IMG/VR virus record: IMGVR_UViG_3300031801_001562
Direction: 5' to 3' (one strand)
Source: a virus
Lineage: Duplodnaviria > Caudoviricetes
Length of the DNA stretch: 64,000 nucleotides
Both the position numbers and the translations under genes were made by a program. The notes under the pieces were generated by a model, which had not been told where the DNA came from, did not search any database, and worked only from the letters and a program-made list of their open reading frames with translations. Numbering within the stretch: position 1 is the stretch's first letter; each line of letters begins with the position of its first letter. Below are positions 1 through 7,618 of the stretch, in pieces.

Positions 1-2
1 AC

Positions 3-260
3 ATAGTCGTTCAGATTCGCTTCTCTTATTCTTTTAGTAAATCTTTGAAATGTCTCGGTACTTGGACGACTTGTAAGGTTTAGCTTCTGCAACCTTTTCC
101 TTTTCTCGTCTGTATCTGTTAGTGCTTTGGATTTTATGTCCGGACGATCAGGCTTCACTTGACCCATAGAATCTGGTTTACACTGCGACGCCAGAGCAGA
201 CGTTTTGGACAATCCGGGAGTGTCGCAATATGCGGGTCTCTCTTGGAGGTTATCTGTCAT
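3..260 (-). CDS. hypothetical protein, 3' end runs off the window (MTDNLQERPAYCDTPG...)
   Basis: Hand translation: ATG at 260, frame open to the left edge; not in the ORF track. Confidence 0.55.
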   Translation of the reverse strand, partial: MTDNLQERPAYCDTPGLSKTSALASQCKPDSMGQVKPDRPDIKSKALTDTDEKRKRLQKLNLTSRPSTETFQRFTKRIREANLNDY

Positions 261-285
261 AATTTCTTTCTAGAAAAATTATTAA

Positions 286-433
286 ATAGTGGCGACGCCG
301 GAACACATGACTTGGCCATGCTTTAGCTTCTTTCGGAAGCTTCCTTGTGAACGATCAGAGTCGGACTCGTAAACGATTGTAATCCCCTACGGGGACATCT
401 CACCAATGACTTAACGCCCCACTTCGCCACTAT
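286..433 (-). ncRNA. candidate structured ncRNA (~148 nt), family unknown
   Basis: Non-coding gap closed by a perfect 10-bp inverted repeat (ATAGTGGCGA 286-295 / TCGCCACTAT 424-433). Internal hairpins UCCCC-GUA-GGGGA, AGCUUC-CGAAA-GAAGCU and CAUGGC-CAA-GUCAUG. G-U pairs work only on the minus strand. Late-promoter-like AATAAATA lies just upstream. Confidence 0.55.
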
Positions 434-446
434 ATGATATCTCTTC

Positions 447-454
447 TATTTATT
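447..454 (-). promoter_or_regulatory. T4 late-promoter-like element (AATAAATA) upstream of the candidate ncRNA
   Basis: One mismatch to TATAAATA, intergenic. Confidence 0.4.
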
Positions 455-459
455 ATAAT

Positions 460-606
460 TCAGTCCGCAGCACTCATTTGTCGATAATATGAGTGTCGTT
501 TACGTCCTTTAGAATTTCCTAACCATCTGTAGTAGGTACACATCGTACATCTAGGGCTTCTTTTTCTCCAACCTTTTCGCTTCCTCTTGCCCACTTTCTT
601 ACTCAA
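460..606 (-). CDS. small basic protein with CxxC (48 aa; TTG start; SKKVGKRKRKGWRKRSPRCTMCTYYRWLGNSKGR...)
   Basis: Hand translation; the TTG overlaps the TGA of the upstream ORF; fills the gap on the coding strand. Confidence 0.55.
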   Translation of the reverse strand: MSKKVGKRKRKGWRKRSPRCTMCTYYRWLGNSKGRKRHSYYRQMSAAD

Positions 607-743
607 ATCCCCGCCACTGGCTCTTCTTCGACCAGCAATTGAGGTTCTTCTTGGCGTGCTCTCATTTCTTCTCCGATTCCCTCTCTAAATTTGATTTCTG
701 CTTGTAATTTACCGAGTAAACCCCTCATTTCTGAGGTTGACAT
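603..743 (-). CDS. small hypothetical protein (46 aa, MSTSEMRGLLGKLQAEIKFREG...)
   Basis: Hand translation; coupled to the downstream ORF. Confidence 0.55.
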   Translation of the reverse strand: MSTSEMRGLLGKLQAEIKFREGIGEEMRARQEEPQLLVEEEPVAGI

Positions 744-787
744 ATTTTTAATATCTATTACGCTCCAAGTTTCCATTATTATATCCT

Positions 788-1012
788 CTAGTCATTTGTT
801 AAAGTTGGTTCGCCTCTGTCATAATATTTCCAGCCTCTGTGACAAGGGCTCTGCTTTCTTTTAGCATATGCCTTATCTGTATAAGTTCCACCTTCTCCTT
901 CACACTCTGCAAAAAATGGTGTCATTCCACTAGGCCAATTGTTGCTCTTTGTTGAACAAGATATTCCTATTGTTATTGCAAATACTATTATTGCTATTAG
1001 TTTCCATTTCAT
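788..1012 (-). CDS. putative small lipoprotein/secreted protein
   Basis: Basic N-terminus, hydrophobic stretch and Cys (…ITIGISC); ATGA overlap with the upstream gene. Confidence 0.6.
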   Translation of the reverse strand: MKWKLIAIIVFAITIGISCSTKSNNWPSGMTPFFAECEGEGGTYTDKAYAKRKQSPCHRGWKYYDRGEPTLTND

Positions 1013-1428
1013 CCGTATATTCCCTCTTGATAAATTGGGCTCGACTCATGAGCTGGAGTCGAATGAGTTAATGTTTTAATCTCTACTGCCCTATCCAAGA
1101 GCATGTGCTCGATCTTAATGGGTTCCATCTCCACAAATTCCACTAGAACTTCATTTGAAGAAAATTCTGCACATGAATATACATCACATTGCACTAATGC
1201 CGGAGACGTTTCATCCCAGATATGTATTGCTATGTGACTTGTTTCTATCATTACTATTGCTGTTAAACCACGATTACCTTCCTTGGACACATATGCAGCA
1301 TATGGGCCCTTGATAATGTTCATATCTATTTTGTTTACTAAATTTCGAAGCCATTTTTTAATTTCTTTTTCACCCGTCATCGGGTTATTCACCTCAGCCC
1401 TAATAATCAAATGCTTATGTTCAGGCAT
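1009..1428 (-). CDS. speD: S-adenosylmethionine decarboxylase proenzyme-like protein (SpeD family); probable start MPEHKHL at 1428
   Basis: GLTAIVMIETSHIAIHIW and CDVYSC motifs typical of class 1B AdoMetDC; purine-rich SD before the ATG at 1428. Confidence 0.75.
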   Translation of the reverse strand: MPEHKHLIIRAEVNNPMTGEKEIKKWLRNLVNKIDMNIIKGPYAAYVSKEGNRGLTAIVMIETSHIAIHIWDETSPALVQCDVYSCAEFSSNEVLVEFVEMEPIKIEHMLLDRAVEIKTLTHSTPAHESSPIYQEGIYG

Positions 1429-1493
1429 CCTCTCTCTCCTGTTATAAATGCTGAGGGCGTGTCGTCGGAACGACACTCCGAGCCCCCAACAAA

Positions 1494-1790
1494 TTATTTA
1501 CATTTATATAATGTATAACTCCAAGTAAGTTCTTCTCCGGATTCAATGTCTCTTAAAGCACCGATCCACCAAGTTTTAGGGTCCATCAAAAGTTTGAAAC
1601 AATTAGGATCTTCAGAATGATTACCAAATCCTCCTAGAGGAGTTCTAATGAATCCGTTTTCAGAGCTTTCATTTGCATGATGGGTAACCCCAATTATTGT
1701 TTGCGCTACAATTTTGGCTGTTGCGAAAAGTCCTAGTCCGGAGACAGGAGATTCTTTAATTGTTATATAGTGGGGTAATGGTTTATACAT
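1494..1790 (-). CDS. minimal SET-domain protein (putative lysine methyltransferase); probable start MYKPLP at 1790
   Basis: SPVSGLGLFA, FGNHSEDPN (NHS) and ELTWSY (ELxxxY) SET motifs. Confidence 0.85.
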   Translation of the reverse strand: MYKPLPHYITIKESPVSGLGLFATAKIVAQTIIGVTHHANESSENGFIRTPLGGFGNHSEDPNCFKLLMDPKTWWIGALRDIESGEELTWSYTLYKCK

Positions 1791-1798
1791 ATTATCTT

Positions 1799-1806
1799 TA
1801 TTTATA
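1799..1806 (-). promoter_or_regulatory. T4 late promoter TATAAATA upstream of the SET gene
   Basis: Exact consensus, 9 nt upstream of the probable ATG. Confidence 0.6.
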
Positions 1807-1810
1807 TTTC

Positions 1811-2254
1811 TCAATTATAAACTATATCTTCTTCCTCTTCCGATTTTTCAATTGGTTTTATATTTTTCCTTTGTATTTCCGCATGGTACTTCATATGTGC
1901 TTCGATAAGTTTATCTTCGTTAAAAGGCTTATCAGATTGTATCTGCTGAGCTATTTCAATTGCATCATCTGGAGAATCAAACCATTCACTTTTCCACGTT
2001 CCTTTAGCTACAATTGTTCTAGGGTTTGTATATACAATTCCAGATTCTTCAGGTGTCCACCAAAGATGTAACATTCCAATAAATCCTATTTCCGGTGGAG
2101 CTTCAAATCCTTGTAAAATATGTCTTATGCCCATGCTTTGAAGAAATGGAAACTCTGTTGAATTATAAAACTTATAACGAAATTGAGTTTCCATAGCATG
2201 TCTCAAATCTTTTCGCATCTTCTCTCTATTGTTCATTTCGTCAGAGCTACTCAT
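1811..2254 (-). CDS. hypothetical protein (probable start MSSSDEM at 2254)
   Basis: ORF track; ATG overlaps the end of the upstream gene. Confidence 0.7.
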   Translation of the reverse strand: MSSSDEMNNREKMRKDLRHAMETQFRYKFYNSTEFPFLQSMGIRHILQGFEAPPEIGFIGMLHLWWTPEESGIVYTNPRTIVAKGTWKSEWFDSPDDAIEIAQQIQSDKPFNEDKLIEAHMKYHAEIQRKNIKPIEKSEEEEDIVYN

Positions 2255-3041
2255 ATATAAACTCCGATATTTCTTCTCCATCTTTTATATGATATAGATC
2301 TTCATGAAACTCTTCTGAGAATTTTGTATTATAAAAGAAATTAGAAATAATATTATACAAAACTATATGATTTGGATATGATAAATGATTCTTACGTTTA
2401 CTTTCAATTTCACTGCGAATAATTCCATCATGAAATTCATTACCGCATACTTCACGTAATTGGGTATCTACGATTTTAAAGTTTGAGTCATTAAGAGTCG
2501 ACCAATCATACGGCACGTCTTTAAATACATTCTTTTCCGTTGTTAATACTAACGTTTTCATATTGAGATGTTTTAAAAACAAACATGTATAAAACGCCCA
2601 CATTTTAATCTCAGGTTTAAAGGTATCATATGCGCCTATAACTTTTTCCATATTATTATAGACACTACCTCCAATTTCATAGCCCTCGCCAGCTTCACCC
2701 TTTCTACAAAAATCATCTATATTTTCTCCAGATTTATATGCCCTATACATATCGTCTGCGGCTCCAGCATGTGTTGGTTTGTCAAGAAAAGGAAAAGGTA
2801 TCCGGGTTCTATCTGTTAATAGAAATATAACTTTATCACCCCGTAAATAACCCTGCCTTGGTAATTTTTCTTGTAATATGCGCAATGACTCATATGTACT
2901 TCGACCGCCATTTGAATTAACATCAATGGCTTCATGTTTTTTTAATTGATTTTGCCAGCACAGATCGCCGTTATCAAAATCCCAGTTATAGTCTGGTTCT
3001 TCATTATAATCACAATAACTATCACCGTATATTAAATACAT
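2247..3041 (-). CDS. SGNH/GDSL-like hydrolase or acyltransferase-fold protein, paralog 1
   Basis: N-terminal YGDSY, C-terminal NHLSYPNH; ends FIYE. Confidence 0.6.
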   Translation of the reverse strand: MYLIYGDSYCDYNEEPDYNWDFDNGDLCWQNQLKKHEAIDVNSNGGRSTYESLRILQEKLPRQGYLRGDKVIFLLTDRTRIPFPFLDKPTHAGAADDMYRAYKSGENIDDFCRKGEAGEGYEIGGSVYNNMEKVIGAYDTFKPEIKMWAFYTCLFLKHLNMKTLVLTTEKNVFKDVPYDWSTLNDSNFKIVDTQLREVCGNEFHDGIIRSEIESKRKNHLSYPNHIVLYNIISNFFYNTKFSEEFHEDLYHIKDGEEISEFIYE

Positions 3042-4143
3042 ACTTATCCTGATCTTTATTAAATATTTCTAAAACCTCGGTGTCGCTTTTAGTTAAGCCT
3101 TCTTCGCGAAACATATCAACCATATCTATGTGTTGTAATTTGTCTAAAGCCTTATAATTATATTCCCTCTTCTCAGAAAGATTCTTACACTTATCTATTA
3201 ATTCTGACGTAGGTATTTTTAAGATTTCTTTTATTTGAGTTATAACTGAATTCAATCTTTCCTTGTAAGGTTTTTCATCGAATGAATAGTCAAATAATTC
3301 ATCATATAATTTAAAACCCATATTCTTAAGAGCTTGATGGATATATCTTGGACCTAAAATAATGAATGGTTTCTTATATAACATAGGTTTATATGCTTTT
3401 TCTGTTAATACAGTACCAGCTGAGATACAATAAGCTTCCGTCACGAGATCAATACAACTTTCAATATATTCTAAGGGTACGCTTTCTTCCCGTGATTGCT
3501 GTTTCAGTTCCCATTCCTCTAATAAATCTTCTCGAGTTCGTTCCTTTAAAGGTTTTTTATTTTTATCTGTCTCGTTTAACTCTGTTAATTCATTTAATAA
3601 TTCTACTTCACCATCATCTTTAAAAAACGAATTAATTTGATCTTCATCTTCAAACGGATAGTATGAATATATAAACCTCTCCTCGCCCTGTAAAGCTCTC
3701 AGTAAATCTATTCTGTGAGGTTTTCGAGTACAATTTAATGATACTACATTATATTTTAAATCTAAATCTAATTCATAAGAACGATTCCTATCTCGCGTAT
3801 TTCTTAAAAACTGTGGTATACATACTTCGGGATAGATTATAGGCTTTAAATTACTATCTACTTCGAATCGTTCTATGTTAGAATGTATATTAAAATCACC
3901 TGTAATATAATATACGTTTTTGCCTTTAAAATCTAAAGTTAAAAGATTATATAAAACATAATCAGTATATTGATATCTATCATCTGATGTTTTTAATGGA
4001 CTAAACCTATCTGTCTCTCCATCAAAAAATATCATATTATCATCTAATAACTCATCTAATAGTGCTTGATTTACTTGATGGTTATTACTTTGTCGTATTC
4101 CTAAAATAAAAGATGTTCTGTCTCCAGGAACATAGAATCTCAT
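3022..4143 (-). CDS. putative glycosyltransferase-like protein ('DELFDYSFD' family), paralog 1; probable start MRFYVP at 4143
   Basis: C-terminal DLVTE..LTEKAYKP..KKPFIILG..GFKLYDELFDYSFD block shared with 3 paralogs; resembles a GT-B/GT10-like C-domain. Confidence 0.55.
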   Translation of the reverse strand: MRFYVPGDRTSFILGIRQSNNHQVNQALLDELLDDNMIFFDGETDRFSPLKTSDDRYQYTDYVLYNLLTLDFKGKNVYYITGDFNIHSNIERFEVDSNLKPIIYPEVCIPQFLRNTRDRNRSYELDLDLKYNVVSLNCTRKPHRIDLLRALQGEERFIYSYYPFEDEDQINSFFKDDGEVELLNELTELNETDKNKKPLKERTREDLLEEWELKQQSREESVPLEYIESCIDLVTEAYCISAGTVLTEKAYKPMLYKKPFIILGPRYIHQALKNMGFKLYDELFDYSFDEKPYKERLNSVITQIKEILKIPTSELIDKCKNLSEKREYNYKALDKLQHIDMVDMFREEGLTKSDTEVLEIFNKDQDKYVFNIR

Positions 4144-4676
4144 AGATAGAATCCAGATATTTGAAGAGTATATTTGTCTTTCAATCCACAATTACCACTT
4201 AAATGTAAATGGCTTGGATCCCATAGATATCCTTCAGCCGCACTCCAATGGGTGCTTGATTGCCAATCATGATTTTCATCTTGATAATGCATCAGGTGTC
4301 CTGGTTCCCAATCTTGCAAATATATATTTGCTCTTACTTTGGGTCTAGTATCATTTGGATATTCATTTTTAAATTTAAAAAATGTATCTCTATGTAGAGT
4401 AACAGTATTACCTGGTGGCTGAAGTATTGTGCTAACTGTAATTACCTCCATCTTTAATTGTTCACCCAATACTTTATAATCTACATCTCCATCATTAAAC
4501 CATAATTGTTGTATTCTTGTATTATCTTCGGTATAGGTTTCAGGAAAACCTCCTGCTATTTCATGTAAATCTTTTTGTTCTGCAGTTTGATAGCTGATAC
4601 AACTACCACGATGTTGGTTATAATCTGCATCTAAAAATACACTCAAATCATAATCTAATTTAATATCTTCAATCAT
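4140..4676 (-). CDS. Fe(II)/2OG-type (cupin) oxygenase
   Basis: HxD (LHRD), distal His (HLHLSGN), double-stranded beta-helix pattern. Confidence 0.65.
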   Translation of the reverse strand: MIEDIKLDYDLSVFLDADYNQHRGSCISYQTAEQKDLHEIAGGFPETYTEDNTRIQQLWFNDGDVDYKVLGEQLKMEVITVSTILQPPGNTVTLHRDTFFKFKNEYPNDTRPKVRANIYLQDWEPGHLMHYQDENHDWQSSTHWSAAEGYLWDPSHLHLSGNCGLKDKYTLQISGFYL

Positions 4677-5938
4677 GTTATACCTTTCTCTTTATCTATT
4701 TGCTTTGTGATCTTAAACACATCGGTATATTCTCTACACTCTAATAATTGTTTTTTATTATAATATATTTTGTCCTGAATATCTAGTATTTTTTTATCAA
4801 ATTCACTTTTATCCATATTTAAAATGTCTTTCATTTGAGTCATGATTGCTTCATGCCTGTATCTAAATGATTCTATTTCATCAAAACTGTAATCAAATAA
4901 TTCATCATATAATTTAAACCCTAATTGTTCAAATATCTTATACCATCCAGTGCACCCAACAACGAGAAATGGCTTACAATGAACCAATGCTTTACATGTC
5001 TTATCACTCAAACCAAATGCTCTTATATGATATGTTTCAATAATTAAATCTATCTCCGACTCTAACCACTCCTGCACTGGTAAGAAATCATGATATGCAT
5101 CTGTGTCGTCTTCAAAACCTTGTGTAAAAGGCGTTTTAAAATGGATTCGTTTAGTTTGATCAAACCTTTCATTACTCATATTAAATCCACATGATAGATC
5201 AACATACTTTGTCTCATCACTTCTATTATTAAATTCTATAGCGTCTCCATTCTTTACCCACTTCCAAGAGCTCTTAGGATGCATTCTTTCTACGAATGAT
5301 GTAAAGAACTCATCAGTTTCGGAGCCGTCTCTTCCTATGCTATTAACTTCTGTGCAGTTGAATGAATATATGAATCCAGGTATACCTGCTAATTCTCTAA
5401 GTGTTAATACTCTAGATATCTTCGGTTGATTAACCATGCTAATCACCCGATATTTTACAGGGATACCCATATCTTCTACAGGTTGATACAACTCATAAAA
5501 TTTTCGTAATCTGGAGGCACAGATATCTCTAGCACTTGATGGTACTAGAGGATACATAGTAATTCTCATTTTAGGCTTAACTAATTCACACCAATCATTA
5601 TAGATATGTTCCGCATTTGCATCGCCATTAAGATACCATATTTTATTATCGGGATGAGAATAATTATGAATTATCTCTAATACATTATCATACTGATCAC
5701 CTAATAACGGATGGTATCCTCCTGATTCATTAGCATTCCATATCATTATATTTTTATCTGTCTTCTCCTTTAACCTTTCAAGAGAATAATTCCAATGATC
5801 AAATCCAGGCGGCTTTGGGACGTCCGGTGGTGTTAAAAATTCTTCTTTTGATTCGTATGCGCGGCCGTGACTAATGTATAGCCAATTCCCTGATTCGTTT
5901 TGCATTGTACTCCAATTTAGGTTGTAATCTCTTTTCAA
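4673..5938 (-). CDS. putative glycosyltransferase-like protein ('DELFDYSFD' family), paralog 2
   Basis: Shared C-terminal motif block. Confidence 0.55.
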   Translation of the reverse strand: MKRDYNLNWSTMQNESGNWLYISHGRAYESKEEFLTPPDVPKPPGFDHWNYSLERLKEKTDKNIMIWNANESGGYHPLLGDQYDNVLEIIHNYSHPDNKIWYLNGDANAEHIYNDWCELVKPKMRITMYPLVPSSARDICASRLRKFYELYQPVEDMGIPVKYRVISMVNQPKISRVLTLRELAGIPGFIYSFNCTEVNSIGRDGSETDEFFTSFVERMHPKSSWKWVKNGDAIEFNNRSDETKYVDLSCGFNMSNERFDQTKRIHFKTPFTQGFEDDTDAYHDFLPVQEWLESEIDLIIETYHIRAFGLSDKTCKALVHCKPFLVVGCTGWYKIFEQLGFKLYDELFDYSFDEIESFRYRHEAIMTQMKDILNMDKSEFDKKILDIQDKIYYNKKQLLECREYTDVFKITKQIDKEKGIT

Positions 5939-6944
5939 TTTTTTTTATTTCTTCTTTATCCATATCTAATATCTTATCACATTGTCTCATTATATTTTTC
6001 CATCTATCTTCAAATAAGGGGTTAGAATCAAAACTGTAATCAAATAATTCATCATATAATTTAAATCCCATTCTTTCAAACTCTCTATACCAATTAGGTC
6101 CTCCTATAGTTAAGAATATCTTTTTCCAGTATAGCGGCTTGCATGATTTATCTGATAGGTAATTTGCTACACATACTTTATTTTCTTGAACTAAATCTAT
6201 ATACGATTGCCACCATTCTTTAGGAGGAAATATGTCGTGTTGACATGAAGTGCCTATTGCTTCTCGAGGACATTCTTCAGTTAATAATACTCTCTCTCGT
6301 GCATTAAAATTTCTAAAACTCAAATCACATGGCGCCGGATAATCCGCAGGATATATCATATCTAATGTTTCAATACTATTGCCGTCGTGCCAGTCCCATT
6401 TCTTACCTAACCAGGCTTCCGTAGTATTTTTCCAATTCTCTCCAATCGCTTCTTCATCGTTTAATAAATGAGTGGGGGTGACTCTGTAAGAATACTTAAA
6501 CCAAGAATTACCTGTTAAACGTCCTAGAGTAAGTAATCGAAATATTCTGGGATTATTAACTAATGTAACAATCTTATAGAGTCGTTTATGGGTAGGTGCT
6601 TGATACTCACTCCACAAGGAATTCATCGTATTCACATACTTTGATATCATAAACCTCCAATTTGGGTTTACTTTTATCTTAAATTCCGGTTTAACTATTT
6701 GACACCATCTATCATAATTTTGTTGTAATAAACTATCGTGATTGGAAAACGTCACATTATTGTCAGGATGTGCAAAATCATGAATAACCTGTAATAATTT
6801 GTCGTCTTCTCGCCCATGCAACGGATAATAGCCCTGTGCTTCCCACTCGTCTTTAATAACTATAGGTTCATCAATTGGATTAGATATAATTTCTAATTCT
6901 GGATACTCTGTTTTTCCTATAGTGGACTCTACTTTTATAATCAT
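5871..6944 (-). CDS. putative glycosyltransferase-like protein ('DELFDYSFD' family), paralog 3
   Basis: Shared C-terminal motif block. Confidence 0.55.
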   Translation of the reverse strand: MIIKVESTIGKTEYPELEIISNPIDEPIVIKDEWEAQGYYPLHGREDDKLLQVIHDFAHPDNNVTFSNHDSLLQQNYDRWCQIVKPEFKIKVNPNWRFMISKYVNTMNSLWSEYQAPTHKRLYKIVTLVNNPRIFRLLTLGRLTGNSWFKYSYRVTPTHLLNDEEAIGENWKNTTEAWLGKKWDWHDGNSIETLDMIYPADYPAPCDLSFRNFNARERVLLTEECPREAIGTSCQHDIFPPKEWWQSYIDLVQENKVCVANYLSDKSCKPLYWKKIFLTIGGPNWYREFERMGFKLYDELFDYSFDSNPLFEDRWKNIMRQCDKILDMDKEEIKKIEKRLQPKLEYNAKRIRELAIH

Positions 6945-7618
6945 AATCCTTTTTCATAATCAATGATATAGCTTTTTATGCTAGGCCTCACATATCGATG
7001 ATTTATAAATGTTTTCTTTATTATCTCTTTATTAATTTTGTTTTCATCGTTGACAACAAATTGTATAATTGGAAACTCTGGAAAGGTATCAGCCATAAAA
7101 GATTCAGGAATCTTTATTTGTAAATCAGCAGAAGTAGTTTCAGGAACTCTGGGAGGATAAACGGAAATCACTTCTAAAATTATTCTATCTATTAAGAGAT
7201 CTTTTACATTATTTAAAAACTCTTTAAATTCGTGATATTCATCAGACTCAAATAGATGATAAAAGTCTCCATTATTTACATGTATAGTTCTATATTCTCT
7301 GTATATATTCCATTCTATAGATGTATTAGATCTATCAAAATCAACTGTTAGACATTTTTTTAATATATTAACATAATCATGATTCCTAAAACATCCTTCA
7401 AATAGCTTTACATCTACAAAACGAGTTTGTTCATAATCAATTTCATCAATATTTACTGAGGGTGTTATACTATCATCGTCATAATCTGAACATGAACGAT
7501 ATAATTCTCTGCCAAATACTAAATTATCTAGATGCAGCATATTTTGTCTATACAAAAAACCTCTCTGTTCTCCTACCCCACCACATACATTCACGAGCCC
7601 ACTTTTCCAAATTACCAT
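6941..7618 (-). CDS. hypothetical protein (true start may be MLHLDN at 7540)
   Basis: ORF track; no motif recognised. Confidence 0.6.
   Translation of the reverse strand: MVIWKSGLVNVCGGVGEQRGFLYRQNMLHLDNLVFGRELYRSCSDYDDDSITPSVNIDEIDYEQTRFVDVKLFEGCFRNHDYVNILKKCLTVDFDRSNTSIEWNIYREYRTIHVNNGDFYHLFESDEYHEFKEFLNNVKDLLIDRIILEVISVYPPRVPETTSADLQIKIPESFMADTFPEFPIIQFVVNDENKINKEIIKKTFINHRYVRPSIKSYIIDYEKGL

Noticed and set aside
286-433. tRNA, tmRNA, SRP RNA or hammerhead identity for the structured RNA
   Set aside because: No T-loop GTTCRA, no cloverleaf spacing, no SRP GGAA-loop motif and no CUGANGA/GAAA core in the right geometry; kept only as an unknown ncRNA
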